This document shows positions 39,229 through 47,853 of a DNA stretch of 52,680 bases, piece after piece. Positions within the stretch are counted from its first letter, which is position 1. Each line of letters starts with the position of its first letter. The stretch covers positions 1-52,680 of the forward strand of contig JAUVXW010000033.1 in the NCBI GenBank assembly GCA_030603385.1. The letters are read 5' to 3'. The notes beneath the pieces are model-generated. The model was given only the letters and a program-made list of their open reading frames with translations. It was not told the DNA's origin and searched no databases. The translations under genes were made by a program, and so were the position numbers. Origin of the DNA: Promethearchaeota archaeon (GTDB taxonomy: Archaea > Asgardarchaeota > Lokiarchaeia > Sigyniarchaeales > SOKP01).

Positions 39229-39930
39229 ATGCTAGAAAAAAAATTCAAACAGTTCTACTTGATAAAATTCTTTCTTATTATTTTTTCTTTTATTTTATTA
39301 TCTGTTATTCTACATCGGTTGATTAAATCATATAGAGAGCCCATTTTTGGTGAGGATGATGCCACTTTAGGAGTAATTATAATTTCTCTTTCAATGGCAA
39401 CGATTTTATTATTATCCATTATGGAAGTACTTACGATTAAAGAATATAAAGGTTATTTTCTAAGAAAAAGCTATATTAAAAAGGGAAAATCTTATTTAAC
39501 TCTTTCAGATATATTTGAAAATGAAAATCGAATAAATATATTAACTCAAATTCTCAATAATCCGGGAGTACATCACAATGAGTTGCTACGAAACTGTGAT
39601 CTGCAAAAAGGTCAATTACAATGGCACTTAGATGTTCTATTAAAAAATCATATTATAAAAAAAGAAAAATATGGTCAATACACTATTTATTATCCAATTA
39701 TGTCATCGTTTAAGACAGATGATAACCTCAGAAATTTAAATTTAAAGTCAAAAACAACTTCAGAGGTATTAAATACTATTGAGGAACATCCTGGGATTAA
39801 TTCTTCTGAAATTTCTCGAATTTTAAACCTTTCTCGTAATACCATAAAGTATCATATTGATAAGTTATCAGAAGAAAATGTAATAAGATTAGTGAGACGA
39901 GGACGTAAAATAGAGTTATATCCGAATTAG
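39229..39930 (+). CDS. Membrane-anchored double winged-HTH transcriptional regulator
   Basis: Two N-terminal TM helices; NENRINI…NPGVHHNEL…QLQWHL; second HPGINSSEISR…KYHI. Confidence 0.8.
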   Translation: MLEKKFKQFYLIKFFLIIFSFILLSVILHRLIKSYREPIFGEDDATLGVIIISLSMATILLLSIMEVLTIKEYKGYFLRKSYIKKGKSYLTLSDIFENENRINILTQILNNPGVHHNELLRNCDLQKGQLQWHLDVLLKNHIIKKEKYGQYTIYYPIMSSFKTDDNLRNLNLKSKTTSEVLNTIEEHPGINSSEISRILNLSRNTIKYHIDKLSEENVIRLVRRGRKIELYPN

Positions 39931-40046
39931 GTATAATCTTTATATACTTGAAAAGACATATAATTGCAATTTTTTATGAAATTAAGAGTTAAAACTATTA
40001 ATCCTTCTTGTATTTATTTTCTTTATAGAATTATGAATGGAATTTT

Positions 40047-40829
40047 ATGAAAATCAAATTATTTCAAGAATTTCTTGACTATTTAAGGAATTATGTAAAT
40101 TCTGAGTCCCAAAAAGGGAGAAGTGTATTTATTTATGAAGAAAAACCTAATCCTCCTGAACTATTTGAAAAGTTAGATATTAAAGTTGAATTAGATAAAC
40201 ATAAGGAAATAATTCTTCAAGAAGAAACAAGGCTTGAATTAGGAGGTATGACTAATAAGTCATTTTCTTTAATTTATCCTTTCTCTCATTTAGATATTAT
40301 TAATTATATAAAAAATGGGACAATTACTCTAATTGGACCAGAAATCCAAGATATCTCAGATATATCTATCGACTTTGGAATGATAATCCTAATTGGTGGA
40401 AAAAATATTAATGAAAAGGATTGGGATTCTATGAGACAATTTAATCTTATATCCAATGGAATAGAGGGATTTCTGATAAGGACAATTCCAAGAAGATTTT
40501 GGGTTAGAATCAGTGAGAATATAATAAAGAATTTTACACTGGAATTTTTAGGAAATGCTATTTTTTATTTATATAAGCAACAATTTAAAGATTTAATTGA
40601 ATCTATGGAGATCTTTTTTATTAGCACTTATACAAATGTAATTGATGAATTTATCAAAATCACTTCTAAAATTAATACCGATATTAATGAAAAATGGTTA
40701 AAGAAAATAGAAAATTGGAAAAAAAGAATTGATTGTGAATATGATTGGGGTTGTGAAATATGTCCTTATCGAGAGGCGTGTTATAATATTAAGCAAGTAT
40801 TAGTAGAGAGAGAAAAAATTGAAAAATAA
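40047..40829 (+). CDS. Protein resembling the middle domain of acetyl-CoA synthase beta subunit (CdhC/AcsB-like fragment) with C-terminal 4-Cys motif
   Basis: LELGG…SF, GTITLIGPEI, NGIEGFL, WVRIS, IESMEI; tail CEYDWGCEICPYREAC; next to cooC. Confidence 0.6.
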   Translation: MKIKLFQEFLDYLRNYVNSESQKGRSVFIYEEKPNPPELFEKLDIKVELDKHKEIILQEETRLELGGMTNKSFSLIYPFSHLDIINYIKNGTITLIGPEIQDISDISIDFGMIILIGGKNINEKDWDSMRQFNLISNGIEGFLIRTIPRRFWVRISENIIKNFTLEFLGNAIFYLYKQQFKDLIESMEIFFISTYTNVIDEFIKITSKINTDINEKWLKKIENWKKRIDCEYDWGCEICPYREACYNIKQVLVEREKIEK

Positions 40830-40856
40830 TATTAACGAATTTTAGAAATTATTGAT

Positions 40857-41642
40857 ATGAAAGAAAAAAGTCATTATAAAAAACCTTTAACTATTTCAGT
40901 TGTCGGAAAGGGTGGTTCTGGTAAGACGGTTATAACAACTCTCTTGGCGAAATGCATTTCAAAAAATTATGATTTTAAAATGCTTTTAATTGACGCGGAC
41001 CCAACATATCCACATCTCAGTTCAATGGTCAGTTTAATCCCTAAAAAAAGTCTTGAGAAATTAAGAACAGATGTTATAGAAAAAGTTTTAACAAATGCAA
41101 AGTCATTTGAAGAAGTTGCGGAAAATATTGATTTTGAAGTGTACAATGCAATAACCGAAAGTAAAGATTTTAGTCTATTTTCTATAGGACAACCTGAGGG
41201 ACCTGGTTGTTTTTGCCCTTCCAATACTCTTTTACGGAAAGTAATTAGTTCAATTTCTAAAGATTTTGACATCGTTTTAATTGATTGCGAAGCCGGTCTT
41301 GAACAAATCAATCGAATGGTGATAGAAACCGTAGATATACTTATAATAGTTTCAGACATCTCAATAAGGAGTGTTGAAACTGCTGCAACCATAAGTAAAA
41401 GTGCTAAGATATTCACAAAATACAAAAAATTTGGTGTTATTTTAAATAGAGTTAAAGGAGATATTGATTACATAATAGAGAAGCTTGAAGATCTAAAGTT
41501 ACCTCTTTTAGCAAAAATTCCAGAAGATGATATTGTAACTGAATATGAGTTAAAGGGTAAACCAATAATTGAAATTCCTGAAAACTCAAGAAGTTTTTTA
41601 GCAGTAAATAAAATTATTGAGGATTTGTTTGAATTCCAATAA
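40857..41642 (+). CDS. cooC: CooC/AcsF-type nickel-insertion ATPase
   Basis: GKGGSGKT, IDADP, GPGCFC metal-binding motif, DCEAGLE. Confidence 0.9.
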   Translation: MKEKSHYKKPLTISVVGKGGSGKTVITTLLAKCISKNYDFKMLLIDADPTYPHLSSMVSLIPKKSLEKLRTDVIEKVLTNAKSFEEVAENIDFEVYNAITESKDFSLFSIGQPEGPGCFCPSNTLLRKVISSISKDFDIVLIDCEAGLEQINRMVIETVDILIIVSDISIRSVETAATISKSAKIFTKYKKFGVILNRVKGDIDYIIEKLEDLKLPLLAKIPEDDIVTEYELKGKPIIEIPENSRSFLAVNKIIEDLFEFQ

Positions 41643-41658
41643 AAGAAGTGATAATAAT

Positions 41659-42786
41659 ATGAACGCACATGAAAGAGTAATCAAAGCTTTAAATCGTGAA
41701 GAACCTGATCGGATCCCTCTCTTCTGTCAAGCAATAATGCCAGGATTCGAAAGAAATCTGCTGGAATATTGGGGTAAGGAATATAAGAAAGATGATAGAT
41801 TTGTTTTATATTATAGTGATTATAATATTCATAGAAAGCTAGGATTCGACTTTTCATGGGGATTTGGTGTGGTTCCAGTCAGATTACCACGAAATTATTT
41901 AAAAGATAACCCACTTCCACAATTAGAAGATCCAAATAAGTTTATTGATATTGATGGTAGAATTTACTTAAATAATCCTCAATTTAATATGCCATGGTAT
42001 TTTGAAAATTATATTACAACAGAAGAAATGGCAGATCATTTCTATGATACATACTATTCTATAGAATGGAGAGAAGCCTCTGAGTTTATACCAAAGCTTA
42101 ATAAGAGGCTAAGTAAATTTCCCACTCATGAATTTGTCCCCTGTTCTCATATATCCAGTATTTTAGAACCTATTTGGGAAGGTCTTGGTTTATCTTTATT
42201 TACTAAGTTATTAAGAAAAAAAAAAACTAAACTCAAAAAGTATATTGACTTAAGAACAAAAAAAGCCGTTGATGGAGCGAAATTATTAGCTGAAACTGAT
42301 TTTGATGTTTTTTTTCTCTGTGATGACACAGCGTTTAAAAATAGGACAATGATTAATCCTAAAGATCATCGGGAACTTGTTATCCCTGCTTATAAGAAGA
42401 TTCTCCATGAAATAAACAAAGCAGGAAAATATGCGATTTTTCATTCAGATGGCTATACTGAACCCTACTTTGATGGATTAATTGAGGCAGGATTTAAAGG
42501 GGTTGAATCTTTAGAGCCAATAGCTGGTATGAATCTAAAACATTTAAAGGAAACGTATGGAGATAAACTCTGTTTAATTGGAAATATAGATGTCTCACAA
42601 CTTTTACCTTTCGGCACAACAGATGAAGTTACACAATCAGTAAAAAAATGTATAAAGGACGCTGGCGAAGGTGGGGGATATGCTCTAAGTCCTTGTACAG
42701 ATATAACTAATGCATGTAAACTTGAAAATATATTTACTATGATTTCTGCCACTAAGAAATATGGGAAATATCCTTTAAAATTATGA
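41659..42786 (+). CDS. Uroporphyrinogen decarboxylase / MtaA-CmuA methyltransferase superfamily protein
   Basis: ERVIKAL..EEPDRIP, CDD, FHSDG, LIGNID, GGGYALSP. Confidence 0.88.
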   Translation: MNAHERVIKALNREEPDRIPLFCQAIMPGFERNLLEYWGKEYKKDDRFVLYYSDYNIHRKLGFDFSWGFGVVPVRLPRNYLKDNPLPQLEDPNKFIDIDGRIYLNNPQFNMPWYFENYITTEEMADHFYDTYYSIEWREASEFIPKLNKRLSKFPTHEFVPCSHISSILEPIWEGLGLSLFTKLLRKKKTKLKKYIDLRTKKAVDGAKLLAETDFDVFFLCDDTAFKNRTMINPKDHRELVIPAYKKILHEINKAGKYAIFHSDGYTEPYFDGLIEAGFKGVESLEPIAGMNLKHLKETYGDKLCLIGNIDVSQLLPFGTTDEVTQSVKKCIKDAGEGGGYALSPCTDITNACKLENIFTMISATKKYGKYPLKL

Positions 42787-42859
42787 ATTAAGAGGTTTAA
42801 ACTTTAAAATTAGCTTATTTTTATTCTAATAACTATAAAAAAAAGAGATATGCGAAAAA

Positions 42860-44635
42860 ATGGATGATAAAGAAATTGATTTAAAAATAAGAAGTAGAAG
42901 TCTTTTTGATGGTATTAACAAAACACCATTTAGATATGGCAAAATAGAATTATTGAAGGCGCTAGGTTTAGATGACAAAGACATTGATAACAAGCCATTC
43001 ATTGGTATAGTAAATACTTGGAATGAACTCAATCCAGGTCATAAACATTTAAGAACTCTTGCTGAAGCAGTAAAATATGGAATTCTTGAAGCTGGAGGAG
43101 TACCCCTTGAGTTCTGTACCATTGGAGCATGTGATGGAATAGCTATGGGAAATATCGGAATGCGTTATATTTTACCTTCCAGAGAAGTCATTGTCGATTC
43201 AATTGAATTAATGGTCGAAGCCCATCGATTAGATGCTATGGTTACTCTATCAAGCTGTGACAAAATTAATCCGGCAATTTTGATGGCGGCAGTACGATTA
43301 GATATCCCAACTATATGCGTTCCAGGAGGATCTAATTTATATCAAGTAAGGTTCATGCCAGATTATAAGGGTATTGCAACAGATAATTATGAAGATTATG
43401 CTCATAAGTTTGGATGCATTACTTGTGCAACATATGGTGCTTGTGAGGCGATGGGTACAGCAAATACTACTCAATGTTTAATGGAGGCCTTTGGAATGAC
43501 ATTACCTAATGCGGGTACAATCCCGGCAATGACTCAAATGAAATATATGATAGCAAAAAATTCAGGGAAAAGGATAATTGAATTGCTGAAAAATAGAATA
43601 ACTCCCTCTCAAATTATGACTAAAAAATCTTTAGAAAATGCCGTAATAGTTGATTTAGCCATTGGAGGATCAACGAATTCAACACTGCATCTTCCAGCAA
43701 TCGCAAATGAGATGGGAATAGATTTTGATTTAGAGATATTTAATGAATATAATAAAAAAATACCAACAATTGTAAATGTTGCTCCATCGGGAGATTATGG
43801 TACTCCAGATTTATATAAAGCAGGAGGGATCCCTGCAGTTTTAAGTAGATTAAAAGATTTTCTTCATTTGGACTGTTTAACTGTCTCTGGAAAAACTATT
43901 GGAGAAATTATCAGAAAAGTAAAAGTACTAGATGAGAACATTATTAAACCTCTGAATGATCCTATCTTTCCCGAAGGCGGTACCGTAATATTAAAAGGTA
44001 ATTTAGCACCAGAAGGTGCTGTGGTCAAGCAATCAGCAATTAATAATAAAGATATGTTAAAGTTTGAAGGACCTGCAATATGTTTTAACTCAGAGCAAGA
44101 TGTGACTGATGCATTAACAGCTGATCAAATCCAAAATAATTCAGTAATTATAGTTCGGTATGAAGGCCCAAAAGGTGGTCCGGGTATGCCCGAATTACTA
44201 GCTGTAACAATGACTTTAGTGATGAAACGTGATTTAGATAAAGTTGCTCTGATTACTGATGGACGCTTTTCAGGATATACATCAGGACCTTGTATCGGTC
44301 ATGTGAGTCCTGAAGCATATGTTGGAGGACCAATTGGTATAGTGAGAGACGGAGATTTAATTAATATTGACATTCCAAATAGAACTCTTAATGTAAATAT
44401 TACCAATGACGAAATTCAAGAACGCTTAGCAAATTGGAAACCTTTTGAGAAAGATATTAAAAGTAAAGCGCTTTTGAAATACCGTAGTCTCGTATCTTCT
44501 GCTGCTGAAGGAGCAATCCTGAAATTTTTGTATAGTATCAATTCAATTTTAAATTTAATTTTTCTAAATATTAAATCCTTGAAGAAAAAGTATTTCCACT
44601 TTGTCCTATGTATAAAAAAAGAGGAAGTGAATTAA
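42860..44635 (+). CDS. ilvD: Dihydroxy-acid dehydratase (IlvD/Edd family)
   Basis: CDGIAMG, CDK, GAC..MGTANT, GGSTN..LH, GPKGGPGMPE, TDGRFSG, GHVSPEA; suspicious C-terminal run-on. Confidence 0.93.
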   Translation: MDDKEIDLKIRSRSLFDGINKTPFRYGKIELLKALGLDDKDIDNKPFIGIVNTWNELNPGHKHLRTLAEAVKYGILEAGGVPLEFCTIGACDGIAMGNIGMRYILPSREVIVDSIELMVEAHRLDAMVTLSSCDKINPAILMAAVRLDIPTICVPGGSNLYQVRFMPDYKGIATDNYEDYAHKFGCITCATYGACEAMGTANTTQCLMEAFGMTLPNAGTIPAMTQMKYMIAKNSGKRIIELLKNRITPSQIMTKKSLENAVIVDLAIGGSTNSTLHLPAIANEMGIDFDLEIFNEYNKKIPTIVNVAPSGDYGTPDLYKAGGIPAVLSRLKDFLHLDCLTVSGKTIGEIIRKVKVLDENIIKPLNDPIFPEGGTVILKGNLAPEGAVVKQSAINNKDMLKFEGPAICFNSEQDVTDALTADQIQNNSVIIVRYEGPKGGPGMPELLAVTMTLVMKRDLDKVALITDGRFSGYTSGPCIGHVSPEAYVGGPIGIVRDGDLINIDIPNRTLNVNITNDEIQERLANWKPFEKDIKSKALLKYRSLVSSAAEGAILKFLYSINSILNLIFLNIKSLKKKYFHFVLCIKKEEVN

Positions 44636-44647
44636 AAATTAAAAAAA

Positions 44648-47600
44648 TTATTTTTCAGACTTATCATCTTGAATTTTATCGACAACCTTATCAATCAAAT
44701 GTAAATCTTTAGATTTTCTGCGTTTAACCGTGTAAATTCCAACACCAATTATTGCTCCAGCCACCACACATGATGATATTATGATTATATAAATAAGTGG
44801 GCTTTCACTTCCGCGTCTAATTGAATAAAATTCTGATGATATCCAAGTATCGTTAGCCAATCCATCGCTTACGACAATTTTTATATAATAATTACCTTCA
44901 TGAATATGTGTGGTATTCCATGTATATGTTGTATCTTTATAATTTTCAATTATTAAATGCCAATCATTATTTGTTCCATAATATATATTATAATTTAATT
45001 CTGAGGGCAAATTATCTACATCTTCAGCTTCATATTCAATTTGAATAAAATCTTTCTCTTGCTGTATAATAATGTTGCTTTCGATAAAAGTTGGAGCGTC
45101 ATTAATATTATAAATATTTAAAGTAATATTTAAGGAAACATGTGCTCTTCCTTCATCTTCAAGCATTAGATCGAACTCATCATTGCCATAAACATCATCA
45201 ATAGAATAGAATCTAAAGAGATCCTTATTTAAGTCATCTTGAACAACAGAAACAAGTGAATTATCTAAATTTATTACTGACCAATATAAATATTCAGCAA
45301 TAAACTCATTATCGTCTTTATATCCTGCTAAATCAATTTCAAAAAATCCAAAATCTTCTGGTTGATCCCAAATTGCTAAATTTTGAAGTTCACTTGGGTT
45401 GAGAATTATTGGAGGAGTGTTAACAGCAGAATAATTGATCATGATATCAAATATTTTAGGTGTTTCTAAATCATCATTAGTTGTTAGTATTACCTTCCAT
45501 ATTAATTCTGAACCGATAGTACCAAAAATATGAAGACTGTTATTGGATACTGAATCCCAATTATTTCCATTATCATTGGAGAGAAAACTCTGAATAGAGG
45601 TATTGTCAGGGACCTCTCCATTGATTATCATCGTTGCATTGGTTATAGTTGCAATCGTTTTATCAATTTCTAATGATTGTGCGATAGCTCTTTTTTCATA
45701 CTGATTAAACAAATGTTCTTTATATTGAGCAATTTGAAATCCATCATAACCATCCGCAATATATAAAAATCTACTTGTGGCTACACCCCCCCATGAATTA
45801 TTATAATTGTCAGAGTAAGAAGCCACTTCTAAAGGATTCAATGGATTTGAGAGGTTTATAACCTCAATTCCATCTGCTCGATCAGATATAATCGCAAGAT
45901 TATCAATAACTTTAACTTTTGTGGCTCTATTGTATGTATCTGTATATTGTGAAACTTTTTGAGGATTACTTATATCTGAGATATCTATAATTTCTAATCC
46001 ATCAAATCTGTCCGCCACTAATAGATAATTTCCCCAAAATTCAAGTGCTTGAGATTCATTATATGAATCTGTATAATTTGCGATTGATTGAATATTATTA
46101 AGATTTGATATATTAAAAATTTCAACCCCTTTAGAACCCTTCGCTATAAATGCACAATTATTTCTTATTTTAATATCTTTATAAAAACCAACAGGGTCCA
46201 AATCGCCTGGATAGTTAGTTATATGTTGCAAATTAAGAGGATCAGAAATGTTATATATATCAAGACCAATTAAACCATTAGCAACAAAAGCAATGTCATC
46301 AACGACTTCTACTTTCTGAGAATAATTCAGATCCCAATAACTCCAATAACCACTAATAGAATCTAAAATATTAATATTGGCAGGATCAGAGATATTCAAT
46401 GAAATTAAACCATTATCATAGGCAGCTGCAAAACAAATTTCATCTTTTATTTCCACATCATAAAAGTTGAATCCTGGTTTTGAGAAATTACCTAAAACTT
46501 GAGGATCATATGGATTTGAAATATTGAATATGAATAGACCACCATGATAGCCCCCGTCTTCAATTGCGCATAAATACGCTCTATCACAATCTAAAATTAC
46601 ATTATGAGCATTAATGTTAGGTGAAAATTTATAAATTTGTGTTGGAGTAATAAATTCTGAAAACTTTAAAATCTGTAATCCTCTAAATTCGCATCCTAAA
46701 TAAATATATTCTCCGTATATTTCAATGGAAGTAATTTTTTCATTAACATCCCAATGATAAGTTAATTCTGGATTGAAAGGATTAAGTCTATCAACAATAC
46801 TTAAATAAGTGTTATTCGATAAAAATATATAATTTTCTTCAATCAAAATATTTGTTATAGAGCCATCCTGGGTGGGTGTGCTGACTAAGCTGGGATTAGA
46901 AATGTCAGTTATATCTATTACTTTTAAACCTTCAATTCCGTTCGCTAAATAAAGATAGTCATTCCTAACGAGAATTTCATAAGGAATATTTGTGATTGAA
47001 AGTTCACCAATAGTAACAATTTCATTTAAATTTGAGATATCCAATATCTCTAATTTATAATTTTTACTTGCGACAAATAATTTGTTTCCTTTAACAACTA
47101 CATTAGAAGGACTTCTATTATTAGTCCAATTTGCTACTTTAATAGGATATTGTGGATTTGAAATATTCAAAATCTCAATTCCGAAGTTTTGAATAGATAA
47201 AAATGCTAAACCATCTGATATCAAAATATTGGTAACTTTATGACCATTACTCCAATTACCTATCTTTTGTAAAGAGACTGGATTCGATATGTCAATGATT
47301 TCCATACCATCTATTCCATCTGCAATATACGCAAATTTACCTTGGAAAGCAATATCAAGAGTGTTATTATATGTATCACCGTATTGTGATATTAAGGTTG
47401 GATTCATTGGATTTGAAATATTTAGTACTTTTAATCCAAATGAATTATCTGCTAAAAATAGTAAATTACCCTGGGATCTAATTGAATTAATTTTATCAAG
47501 GTTGTAATCATAATTTGAAAGATTGATTACTTCTTGATGGACTAAAGATAAGTAATCTTTTCCCCATCCAGTTGAATTCGTAATAGATTCATTTCTATAA

Positions 47601-47815
47601 GTCTGAGTTTGAAAATTTTCGGTAAATGTGAGAGTGAATGATGATCGTAGATAATTCTCAGTTTTATCATAATCCTGTTTATAATTTCTATTTAAACTAT
47701 TACTGCAATAGAAGTATTGATTAAAAAGTGCAATTAGTAGAACTGAATTAATTAAGAATAAGGTTAAAAACAATTTTTTCAATTTTTTGACTTTCTTTTT
47801 CATTTTAATACTCAC
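44648..47815 (-). CDS. Large surface protein with ~13-14 LVIVD repeats, Ig/cadherin-like stalk and C-terminal TM anchor
   Basis: Signal peptide; repeated AYIADG.DG(L/M)EIIDISNP; VNTPP, INDAP, VSDG; TM + KRRK. Confidence 0.9.
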   Translation of the reverse strand: MSIKMKKKVKKLKKLFLTLFLINSVLLIALFNQYFYCSNSLNRNYKQDYDKTENYLRSSFTLTFTENFQTQTYRNESITNSTGWGKDYLSLVHQEVINLSNYDYNLDKINSIRSQGNLLFLADNSFGLKVLNISNPMNPTLISQYGDTYNNTLDIAFQGKFAYIADGIDGMEIIDISNPVSLQKIGNWSNGHKVTNILISDGLAFLSIQNFGIEILNISNPQYPIKVANWTNNRSPSNVVVKGNKLFVASKNYKLEILDISNLNEIVTIGELSITNIPYEILVRNDYLYLANGIEGLKVIDITDISNPSLVSTPTQDGSITNILIEENYIFLSNNTYLSIVDRLNPFNPELTYHWDVNEKITSIEIYGEYIYLGCEFRGLQILKFSEFITPTQIYKFSPNINAHNVILDCDRAYLCAIEDGGYHGGLFIFNISNPYDPQVLGNFSKPGFNFYDVEIKDEICFAAAYDNGLISLNISDPANINILDSISGYWSYWDLNYSQKVEVVDDIAFVANGLIGLDIYNISDPLNLQHITNYPGDLDPVGFYKDIKIRNNCAFIAKGSKGVEIFNISNLNNIQSIANYTDSYNESQALEFWGNYLLVADRFDGLEIIDISDISNPQKVSQYTDTYNRATKVKVIDNLAIISDRADGIEVINLSNPLNPLEVASYSDNYNNSWGGVATSRFLYIADGYDGFQIAQYKEHLFNQYEKRAIAQSLEIDKTIATITNATMIINGEVPDNTSIQSFLSNDNGNNWDSVSNNSLHIFGTIGSELIWKVILTTNDDLETPKIFDIMINYSAVNTPPIILNPSELQNLAIWDQPEDFGFFEIDLAGYKDDNEFIAEYLYWSVINLDNSLVSVVQDDLNKDLFRFYSIDDVYGNDEFDLMLEDEGRAHVSLNITLNIYNINDAPTFIESNIIIQQEKDFIQIEYEAEDVDNLPSELNYNIYYGTNNDWHLIIENYKDTTYTWNTTHIHEGNYYIKIVVSDGLANDTWISSEFYSIRRGSESPLIYIIIISSCVVAGAIIGVGIYTVKRRKSKDLHLIDKVVDKIQDDKSEK

Positions 47816-47853
47816 TTAAAACAATAATTAAAAAAAAAAAAAAAAATTACGAG

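Noticed and set aside
47829-47846. Long poly-A/T runs between genes (also near 4770, 26395 and 30015)
   Set aside because: Consistent with ordinary archaeal oligo-T terminators; not individually supportable
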